Shown one piece after another: positions 19,639-27,143 of a DNA stretch of 64,000 bases. The stretch lies in NCBI GenBank assembly GCA_937974275.1, contig CALJIF010000041.1, forward strand, positions 36,498 through 100,497, in the 5' to 3' direction. Numbering within the stretch: the stretch's first letter is position 1; each line of letters begins with the position of its first letter. The notes beneath the pieces are model-generated. The model saw only the letters and a program-made list of their open reading frames with translations, searched no databases and was not told where the DNA came from. The DNA comes from an uncultured Flavobacteriales bacterium (GTDB taxonomy: Bacteria > Bacteroidota > Bacteroidia > Palsa-965). The position numbers and the translations under genes are program-made.

Positions 19639-20846
19639 TTCTTCTTGCGAGTTGCGGGTGTGCTATCTTCACCACCTTCTTCAGCTTCTTCAGGTAAATC
19701 GACAACCGTACCACCGAGCAATTTCACGATAGCTCTGGTGTTGTAAATTCCCTTGTTGTATTTATTACACAGAATGATAATGGTAATGTCATCCGATAAA
19801 TCGCGATAGAAAGCCGATGTAAATCCGTGCCACCAACCGTTATGAAAAACAGCTTTCTTCCCGTTATCGAAATTGATAATTCGCCAACCGTAACCGTAAT
19901 TCCAATACCTCTTACCTTGAAGATCCGCACTGTATGGCGTGTACGCTTGGTCCAGTGTTTTTTTCGAAAGAATAGTTCCGTTCCGCAAAGCACGATCCCA
20001 CTTGAACATATCATCAACTGTAGAGTATACTCCTTTATCTCCGTTCACGCTATCCAAAAAATTATCTTGCCATCCGTTCCAATTTTTGTAGTAGCCCTTC
20101 GCCTGATGTTTATGCGGTTTGCCGTCGGTACCAACGTAAGTGTGATTCATTTCCAGCGGAACAAAAAAATTGACGCGCATAAACTCTGCAAATGCCGTGT
20201 CTGTTAGCGTTTCGACAATTTTGGCCAAATATGCGTAACCCGTATTACTGTAATCGAATTTCGTATCCGGTTGACGAGCAGGCCGCGGACATTTTAACTG
20301 AAGAATTTCCAAAGCACTATCCGTACTGAATCGTTCGGGTTCTTCACCAACCTGACGGTAGTAATTATCGCAAACATTGGTATAACGATCCAAACCTCCA
20401 CGATGTGTAAGGAGATGATGAACAGTAACGCCATCATACGGAAATGAAGGCAAATATTTTTTGACCGGATCTTGGTATCGCAGAACACCCCGCTGTTGCA
20501 GCAACATAATTGCAGCAGCAGTGAACTGTTTAGAAACAGAAGCCAATTGAATACTGCTACTATCTGTTAGCCTAATGCGATGCAGTTTATCTTCCCAACC
20601 GATATTTTTCTTGTATAAAATAATTCCGCGCTGCGCAATCAAAACAGATCCGCTAAACTGATCATTATCGAAACGCGCTTTGATAAATGTATCCAGCATA
20701 AGCTCATTCCTATCCGCATCGATCTGCTTGCGAATAAAAGAAGTACTATCAACTACAGGCGCATCATCTACTACAGGCGCATCATCTGCACATGCAGTGA
20801 ATAGTGCCGCAGATAACAGCGAAATGAAAATGAAAAAAATGCGCAT
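19635..20846 (-). CDS. Serine hydrolase, beta-lactamase/PBP4-like family (class C fold), lipoprotein
   Basis: SxxK motif in LASVSKQFTAAAIM, YSN-like YSNTGY, lipoprotein signal ...LFTACADD. The N-terminal linker contains a perfect DDAPVV-DDAPVV duplication. Confidence 0.8.
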   Translation of the reverse strand: MRIFFIFISLLSAALFTACADDAPVVDDAPVVDSTSFIRKQIDADRNELMLDTFIKARFDNDQFSGSVLIAQRGIILYKKNIGWEDKLHRIRLTDSSSIQLASVSKQFTAAAIMLLQQRGVLRYQDPVKKYLPSFPYDGVTVHHLLTHRGGLDRYTNVCDNYYRQVGEEPERFSTDSALEILQLKCPRPARQPDTKFDYSNTGYAYLAKIVETLTDTAFAEFMRVNFFVPLEMNHTYVGTDGKPHKHQAKGYYKNWNGWQDNFLDSVNGDKGVYSTVDDMFKWDRALRNGTILSKKTLDQAYTPYSADLQGKRYWNYGYGWRIINFDNGKKAVFHNGWWHGFTSAFYRDLSDDITIIILCNKYNKGIYNTRAIVKLLGGTVVDLPEEAEEGGEDSTPATRKKK

Positions 20847-20904
20847 AAAAAATCCCCTGCAAATTGCAGAGGATTTTCTATTACGTGAGCGTATGTTTTA
20901 AAAA

Positions 20905-21747
20905 CTATTTAACAATGATCACCAAATATTTGGAAACACTCCAGAATTTTTCGGCATCAATAATTACCAACTTGTCCGCGCGTCCATCTGCACCTTCAAT
21001 CTTATACGAATCTGCAGGGTGCGTTGTAGCAACAGTTGCCTTCTTTGCACTTAGTACCAACTCTGTAAACTGTGTCACATCAACGCGAGTAAAGTACTCT
21101 TTGTTCATATCGTCGCTAACCTTAGTTTGCTTTCCGATACCGATAAATCCACCTTCTTTATTCAGCACACCATTCTTAATTAATTCTTCCTTACTTCCGT
21201 AAGCGTAGAATGCAGTATTCAGCTTTTCTGTTTTCACATCAACTTCCTGCTGCAATTCCTGGTAGTTCATTGTTAAGTTGCTCAACTCTAAATTCATTTT
21301 CTCCAACTGCTCTTTCAACACCACAATTTCAGCTTCACGTTCAGCCAATGTTTTTTCCAGGTTAGCAATGGTTTCGTTTAATGAAGCAATTTTGGTTTCT
21401 GACTTTTTCAGATTCTTTTTTGCAGCAGCCAGACGTTGCTTATTGATGATCATCAAATCATAAATAGCCTGAATATCGCCTTTGATTTGTTGTTCGCGAC
21501 CGGCAACATCACCACCCGCAGTAGTCGAATTGATGATTTTCTCTTTCTGCTTGATTTCATCCAGATTAGCCTGAATGTCATTAAATGCTCGGAAGAAGGA
21601 GTCCAGGGCTGCATCTTGTGTAAGCACCTGCCCGCTTAGTTTTTCATTTTCTTCTGTTAAACTGTCTTTAACAGGATCTTTTTCCGGTTCGTTACTGCAC
21701 GCCATCCAGAACGGAAGTACGAGCAAAGAAAGAAGTAGCTTTTTCAT
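20905..21747 (-). CDS. Coiled-coil lipoprotein, hypothetical
   Basis: Internal start MKKLLLSLLVLPFWMACSNE is a lipoprotein signal. A long Glu/Lys/Leu-rich heptad-like region follows. Track ORF is 20905-21810. Confidence 0.5.
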   Translation of the reverse strand: MKKLLLSLLVLPFWMACSNEPEKDPVKDSLTEENEKLSGQVLTQDAALDSFFRAFNDIQANLDEIKQKEKIINSTTAGGDVAGREQQIKGDIQAIYDLMIINKQRLAAAKKNLKKSETKIASLNETIANLEKTLAEREAEIVVLKEQLEKMNLELSNLTMNYQELQQEVDVKTEKLNTAFYAYGSKEELIKNGVLNKEGGFIGIGKQTKVSDDMNKEYFTRVDVTQFTELVLSAKKATVATTHPADSYKIEGADGRADKLVIIDAEKFWSVSKYLVIIVK

Positions 21748-21902
21748 TTTTAGTAGTTTACGCTGCAAAATTAGAGAATTAACCGTGTCTTCAACGCAGG
21801 GATTTACCATTTATTAAGAAAGATTATCTTCAAAAAGATGAACTTTGTACAATAAACCGCTTCCGTGTGCGACCATAAGGTTGTTAGCAAATTAAACGGA
21901 AG

Positions 21903-22475
21903 ATGACCGCATTAATGGCGAATGAGCAAAACAGATTGTTAGAACAAACGCTTCTGAAGGAGCGCGGCAAGCTGCTGGAATTTATAAAACGCCGTATCCC
22001 AACCGATGAAGACCCTGAGGATGTTCTTCAAGATGTTTTTCACGACTTCACGGAATACTTAAGAATGGAGAAAGTCGTTGATCGCGTTTCGGGATGGCTT
22101 TATCGTGTAGCGAGAAATAAAATTGCCGACTTGTTCCGAAAACGAAGAACCGAATCGTTGGAGGCCCGTTACGAAGGATTGAATGATGAAGGCGATGAAG
22201 GTTTAACCTTAAATGATTTGTTGCCAGATCCCAATGCCGGAGCTGATGCGGCGTATGCACGACGTATCATCATGAACGAACTGATGAGCGCTCTGGATGA
22301 ACTTCCTGAAGAACAGCGCTATGTGTTCTGGGAAAACGAAGTTGAAGGCAGAACATTCAAAGAGTTATCGGAAGAATCCGGAGTTCCTATGAACACCTTA
22401 TTGTCGCGGAAGCGTTACGCTGTTTTGTTTTTAAGGGAACGGTTAAAAGAATTGTATCAAGATTTAAACTCCTGA
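21903..22475 (+). CDS. RNA polymerase ECF-type sigma-70 factor
   Basis: Region 2: DVLQDVFHDFTEYLRMEKVVDRVSGWLYRVARNKIADLFRKRR. Region 4: LPEEQRYVFWENEVEGRTFKELSEESGVPMNTLLSRKRYA. Confidence 0.85.
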   Translation: MTALMANEQNRLLEQTLLKERGKLLEFIKRRIPTDEDPEDVLQDVFHDFTEYLRMEKVVDRVSGWLYRVARNKIADLFRKRRTESLEARYEGLNDEGDEGLTLNDLLPDPNAGADAAYARRIIMNELMSALDELPEEQRYVFWENEVEGRTFKELSEESGVPMNTLLSRKRYAVLFLRERLKELYQDLNS

Positions 22476-22478
22476 GCC

Positions 22479-22823
22479 ATGAAGTGGATATTAAAAATTA
22501 TCGGAGGAATTATATTGTTCACAGCATTTGCCTTTGTCTTGGGCTGGGTAACGATGTGGTTATGGAACGAATTGGTTCCGGGCTTATTTAACGGACCAAC
22601 AATTCGTTACTGGGAAGCTGTTGGATTGATGGTGTTGGGGCGTTTGTTGGTAGGAGGATTTAAGGGAGGCGGGCGTTGCAAGTGCGGACACTCCGGCAGC
22701 GGACGCGGAGGTTACTGGAAGCAACGTTGGGAACAGAAAATGGAAAACATGTCGCCGGAGGAACGAGAGAAATTCATTTCCGGAATGCAGAAATGTTCGT
22801 GGTGGGAGAAGAAGGAGTGTTGA
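22479..22823 (+). CDS. Small 2-TM membrane protein with a Gly-rich segment and a Cys-rich cytoplasmic tail; candidate cognate anti-sigma or regulator
   Basis: It starts 4 nt after the sigma-factor stop. Two hydrophobic helices, then GGRCKCGHSGSGRGG...CSWWEKKEC (four Cys). Confidence 0.45.
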   Translation: MKWILKIIGGIILFTAFAFVLGWVTMWLWNELVPGLFNGPTIRYWEAVGLMVLGRLLVGGFKGGGRCKCGHSGSGRGGYWKQRWEQKMENMSPEEREKFISGMQKCSWWEKKEC

Positions 22824-22988
22824 ATGTTAAATGACGATTGTGGATTGTTGAATGTTGAATTACGATTGTTGAATGTTGAATGTTGAATTACGATTGTTGA
22901 ATGTTGAATGTTGAATGACGATTGTTGAATGTTGAATGTTGAATGTTGAATGACGATTGTTGAATGTTGAATGTTGAATGACGATTGA
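22819..22988. repeat. Heptanucleotide microsatellite (TGTTGAA)n punctuated by TGACGAT/TTACGAT units, ~24 heptads
   Basis: Direct reading: tgttgaatgttgaatgttgaatgacgattgttgaatg.... It begins inside the stop codon of the upstream gene. There are no spacer-like unique segments, so it is not CRISPR. Confidence 0.85.
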
Positions 22989-23012
22989 CAATTTTGTTGT
23001 TATGACAATAAT

Positions 23013-23048
23013 AAAGGGCGAACCGTGATGTTCGCCCTTTATTTATTT
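23013..23048. terminator. Bidirectional rho-independent terminator
   Basis: aaagggcgaac-cgtgat-gttcgcccttt followed by ATTTATTTT, immediately after the stop of the minus-strand gene 23048-24499. Confidence 0.65.
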
Positions 23049-24499
23049 TACTTCTTTCTTGTCAGCGCAAATACAATTAGTGCGGTGGTTGCGATTGTCA
23101 TTAAATAAGCTGAGAATGGCGTTTGCTGAGATTCAGATGTTGTCGGAGTGAAATTAGCCGGAGGAGCGATGGAACCTTGATCCGCTTTTTTTCCCTTCAA
23201 ATAACGATTGTATTCAGCCGGATAAGAACGATGCTTTTCAATATCACGACCTGTTAACCACTGGTAAGTCCACATTTCATTCCAACGACGCTGTCCTAAA
23301 TCACGCACATACTTTTGTCCTTCTTCACAATCGAACTCGCCCGTTGCAGGATTCGTCAGTACGTAACGAGCCTGGTAGTTTTGCTTGTTCGGTGTTTCCT
23401 GGAACATTAAATCCTGTGGAAAGTTCACACGATCGTAGGTTACGTGTAAACGCGTGTAATACGCCTGCCCGGTAACACCGCCCCATTGATTAGCAACCAG
23501 CCAATCCACTCCGGCCTGCTGGAATTCTGCAAACATTGGAGGAGGACCAACGCATGGGTCGCATTTCATTCCTGCATTCAAACTCACATCCCAAGCGTAT
23601 TCCAGGAACACTACATTTTTTCCTTCGCGCTTCCACGCACGGTTGTACAGGTCACGATAAAATTCACCAAACTCTTCGCGAACAAATAAAGGAACATTAT
23701 AATTCGTTGGCACCAATGCCGTACGGTAGTTTGTTGTCTCAATTCGCCCTGATTTAGAGAACGCATGCACTATCATATCCTGAGGTCCGTTAGCGTTAGC
23801 CATTCCCAAACGAATCGGCAACATAAATCGTGGAGACTCGAAAGAAATTTGCAATGGACGTAAAGGCACTGAACCCGCGGCTTTGTGCTGGTCCATATTC
23901 ACCTTCACCACAAAAAACTTCATATTATTTTTGATATACGGATCTAGCACTTCTTTCGCGCCTTCAGGGATTTTGTAGCCGTTATCCGTCAACCACATTT
24001 CCAATCCGTTCGATTCTTTAGCAGATAGAATAAGTATATCATACTCACCAACATTATATTTCGCTTCGATAGTTACTTTATAATCCTTCTTCTCCTCTAT
24101 TTCCATATTTTTCATACCGGCACTCTCTTGTCTGCTGGAAGGCACTGCGGCAATAGCCACATCATCGTAGGCATAATTCCAACACGGATTTTGGTCGTAA
24201 TATTCTACTAGTCTCGGTGCAGAATACGCGTCCAACTTATCGAACAAGAGGCGATCGACCACTTTAATATCTTTCTCCTGTAATACAACAGGCACAGGAA
24301 CCACCATTGCAAAATCTTTTACATCACCCTGAAAGTCGGACGACATAGTTATGGTGTTTTTGTCGCCATTGCGAACGATAATCACTTGTGAGGTTTTGTT
24401 GAACAGTTTCGTATCCGCCTTTGCGACATAAAATCCGCAGAATGCATATAAGGAAGCAACTCCTGTGATTAATGCGATTGAAAATAATATACGTTTCAT
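23048..24499 (-). CDS. Hypothetical exported protein with an N-terminal signal peptide and a single C-terminal TM anchor (possibly DUF2330-like; family assignment uncertain)
   Basis: 483 aa. MKRILFSIALITGVASLYAF N-terminal signal. C-terminal ...TPFSAYLMTIATTALIVFALTRKK is a hydrophobic helix plus a basic tail. No catalytic motif recognised. Confidence 0.55.
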   Translation of the reverse strand: MKRILFSIALITGVASLYAFCGFYVAKADTKLFNKTSQVIIVRNGDKNTITMSSDFQGDVKDFAMVVPVPVVLQEKDIKVVDRLLFDKLDAYSAPRLVEYYDQNPCWNYAYDDVAIAAVPSSRQESAGMKNMEIEEKKDYKVTIEAKYNVGEYDILILSAKESNGLEMWLTDNGYKIPEGAKEVLDPYIKNNMKFFVVKVNMDQHKAAGSVPLRPLQISFESPRFMLPIRLGMANANGPQDMIVHAFSKSGRIETTNYRTALVPTNYNVPLFVREEFGEFYRDLYNRAWKREGKNVVFLEYAWDVSLNAGMKCDPCVGPPPMFAEFQQAGVDWLVANQWGGVTGQAYYTRLHVTYDRVNFPQDLMFQETPNKQNYQARYVLTNPATGEFDCEEGQKYVRDLGQRRWNEMWTYQWLTGRDIEKHRSYPAEYNRYLKGKKADQGSIAPPANFTPTTSESQQTPFSAYLMTIATTALIVFALTRKK

Positions 24500-24518
24500 G
24501 ATAGTTTAGTTTAGAAGG

Positions 24519-25388
24519 TTATTTAATCCATTGAAATTTATTTCCGGGAAAATATTTATCGAGTACCGGCACCAACATCGACATAAAGAAGAGTGCCCAA
24601 ATTGGTGCAGTATGTACGAATAGTTTTGTCGCTATAAGAAAGGCCAACACACCCGTAACTACTGACCAAATAAGACGAACTTTTTGTGAAGAAGGTGTTG
24701 CCATCGGATCCGTGATCATGAAAAACGAGAACAAGAGCAACGAACCTGTATTAAGTTGGTGAAAGAAAAAATCAGCCGGCCATCCCTGATAAACAACATG
24801 TCTGAAAAAACTTAGTGAGAGAAATGTAATGAGGAAACCGAAAGCTGTTTCAAGTCGCTTTACACGCAACAACACCAGCAGCCCGGTGATACCGACAAGA
24901 AATAATATCAGTCCTTCACTTCCCCATTGTCCCGGAGAAATCCATGCGTCGTCGGTAATTAAAATGGCAGCTACCATACCAAAGTTGGTTGGATTAAAAA
25001 CGTGTTTGCCGTTTACTCTGAACACAAACTTGCTAACGATGGCAAGCGAGGCTGCCAGTACCAAAGTCCATATACTGTTTGCCTGAAACATCAGACATAA
25101 GCTCAAACCTGAAATCAGTGCACTTTTTAAACCTGACCAAGGCAAACCTTTTAAATGAATCCAAACGCCTTGCACCAACATAGTTGTAAGCAACGTGACG
25201 TTCAACTTCATCAGGGAAACATCCCAGTTAAGTAATGTGTAACCATACACCAGAAATGTGATTTGAAAAAGGATCTGATAATGTCTTGGATCAGAAGAAA
25301 ACCAAGTGTAAATGGACCGAATGTTACTTAATGGTCCTGATCGAGGTGAGAGTGTTACGACATCCATGGTATAGAGATTTATACCCAT
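24519..25388 (-). CDS. RnfD/NqrB-family-like polytopic membrane protein (short, orphan homologue)
   Basis: By-eye alignment to E. coli RsxD: FNPTNFGMVAAILI ~ FNPAMIGYVVLLIS; FSFFMITDPMATPSS ~ GAFFILTDPVTASTT; RLIWSVVTGVLAFLI ~ RLIFGALAGLLVWLI; VPVLDKYF ~ VPLIDYYT. No other rnf/nqr genes are nearby. Confidence 0.6.
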   Translation of the reverse strand: MGINLYTMDVVTLSPRSGPLSNIRSIYTWFSSDPRHYQILFQITFLVYGYTLLNWDVSLMKLNVTLLTTMLVQGVWIHLKGLPWSGLKSALISGLSLCLMFQANSIWTLVLAASLAIVSKFVFRVNGKHVFNPTNFGMVAAILITDDAWISPGQWGSEGLILFLVGITGLLVLLRVKRLETAFGFLITFLSLSFFRHVVYQGWPADFFFHQLNTGSLLLFSFFMITDPMATPSSQKVRLIWSVVTGVLAFLIATKLFVHTAPIWALFFMSMLVPVLDKYFPGNKFQWIK

Positions 25389-25433
25389 AGGATGCGGGAA
25401 TCAACAAGATTCCATAATCGAAACAAAAAAAAA

Positions 25434-25910
25434 TTAATTGGGATCCGTTATAGCCAGTTTTCTAACCTTATATCCGGCAGAGGAATAGATGTATATATAA
25501 TAAATACCGATCGGATAGTTGGTGCAATCAACCTGAAACAAGTACTGATTAAAACCAACGAAAGAATTGTTGTAATACAATTTGCCGTAGCGATCAATAA
25601 TTTGAACGTAGATTGGTTCCGGATACCACAAAAGCACATTCACATTGATGTAATCAATAGGCGGATTGGGCAAAAAATCGAAATCCAAAGGATCGCAAAT
25701 TCCATACACAAAGGTTTGTACACCGGCATTACGGGAGAAGCAATCATTACGATAAGTAATACCATCACATCCACATACCGGTTCCCATCGAGGATCGCAG
25801 TATGCTCCGTATTGAATCATTGATGAATCGACACATTGAGCTTGCAACACCCTTGGTGCAGAAAACAAAACAAACACAATTGTCAGATATTTTATTACCC
25901 GTAATTTCAC
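25434..25910 (-). CDS. Secreted Kazal-type protease-inhibitor-domain protein with a T9SS-like C-terminal domain
   Basis: Signal peptide. Kazal signature PVCGCDGITYRNDCFSRNAG. The C-terminal ~80 aa resemble a T9SS C-terminal domain (FLPNPPIDYINVNV...GIYYIYIYSSAGYKVRKLAI). Confidence 0.6.
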   Translation of the reverse strand: MKLRVIKYLTIVFVLFSAPRVLQAQCVDSSMIQYGAYCDPRWEPVCGCDGITYRNDCFSRNAGVQTFVYGICDPLDFDFLPNPPIDYINVNVLLWYPEPIYVQIIDRYGKLYYNNSFVGFNQYLFQVDCTNYPIGIYYIYIYSSAGYKVRKLAITDPN

Positions 25911-26009
25911 TTATCGAATTTAGTTATATCATTCCGCGAATATCACCGGTAATTCACAAAAGTTATTAAACACGAAATATCCATATCTAATACTGAAGCC
26001 CGTGATCGT

Positions 26010-27143
26010 GTGTTGAATGCACAATTTCGCGCCTTTAACGGACGAACAACGATACACAAGACGTTTCAGCACCTGGAGCATATCGGTTATGTACAGATTG
26101 ACACGCTGAGCGTTGTTCAGAGGGCCCACCATCACGTGTTATATGCTCGCAACCCGCTATACACTTGCGATCATATTGCACAATTATTAGCCGAGAAGAA
26201 AATATTTGAATACTGGAGTCATGCTGCTGCTTATTTACCCATGCGTGACTTTCGATTCAGCTTGATTAAGAAACAACAGTACATTGACGGACACCATCAT
26301 TGGTTCAAGAAAAACTCCCGCCTCATGAAATATGTTTTGGACCGGATTAGAGCCGAAGGTCCTATGGAATCGAAAGATTTTGAACATGAAGGAAAGCGTG
26401 GTTCATGGTTCGACTGGAAGCCGGCGAAAATTGCTTTGGAGCAATTGTACATGGACGGTTCATTGATGGTTTTGAAGCGCAACGGATTTCGCAAAGTGTA
26501 TGATCTGACTGAGCGTGTACTTCCTTCCAACATTTCGACTGTTTGTCCAAGTCCGGCAGAGCATGCTGAACACCTGATAATTGGTTACCTCAAAGCACAA
26601 GGCGTTGGAACTATCAGCGACATCTGTCATTTACAAACAAGCCACAAAGCAGAAGTAACGAAACAAATACATCGGCTTGTTGAAGAAAATAAAGTGATCA
26701 CGATTAAAGTGCAGCACTCCACTCAGCAATGGTATTCACTACCTGAGATAAAATCAGATTACAAATTCACCGGCATTCGGATATTATCTCCGTTTGATAA
26801 TTTGATCATAAAACGAGACAGGACCAAAACGCTATTTGACTTTGACTACCAGCTGGAATGCTACCTTCCTGAATCGAAAAGGAAATTCGGTTATTTCAGT
26901 CTGCCGATTTTATCCAACAATAATCTAATTGCAAGAAGTGACATGAAAGCAGACTCGAGGTCAAAAACACTTACGATAAGGTCCTTTCATTTCGACAGTA
27001 AACAAAAACTGACAGCTGAAGAGGAATATCATTTGCTTGAGTGTGTACTTGCATTTGCACGATTCAACAACTGCCTACACGTTCACTGCGAAAAAAATGT
27101 ACCGATTGCAATACGCCGTTTATTGCTTAGTCCAGGAATTTAG
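26010..27143 (+). CDS. YcaQ-family winged-helix DNA-binding protein (DUF1006; putative interstrand-crosslink DNA glycosylase family)
   Basis: 377 aa. N-terminal HLEHIGYVQIDTLSVVQRAHHHVLYARNP...YWSHAAAYLP is typical of the family. Confidence 0.65.
   Translation: MLNAQFRAFNGRTTIHKTFQHLEHIGYVQIDTLSVVQRAHHHVLYARNPLYTCDHIAQLLAEKKIFEYWSHAAAYLPMRDFRFSLIKKQQYIDGHHHWFKKNSRLMKYVLDRIRAEGPMESKDFEHEGKRGSWFDWKPAKIALEQLYMDGSLMVLKRNGFRKVYDLTERVLPSNISTVCPSPAEHAEHLIIGYLKAQGVGTISDICHLQTSHKAEVTKQIHRLVEENKVITIKVQHSTQQWYSLPEIKSDYKFTGIRILSPFDNLIIKRDRTKTLFDFDYQLECYLPESKRKFGYFSLPILSNNNLIARSDMKADSRSKTLTIRSFHFDSKQKLTAEEEYHLLECVLAFARFNNCLHVHCEKNVPIAIRRLLLSPGI

Noticed and set aside
22819-22988. Tandem repeat array considered as a possible CRISPR
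   Set aside because: The period is 7 nt with no unique spacers of 25-40 nt and no cas genes, so it is a microsatellite.
25392-25823. 143-aa plus-strand ORF overlapping the Kazal/T9SS gene
   Set aside because: It is antisense to a gene with a clear signal peptide, Kazal motif and C-terminal domain. It has an Ile/Asn-rich low-complexity translation typical of the AT-rich antisense frame.
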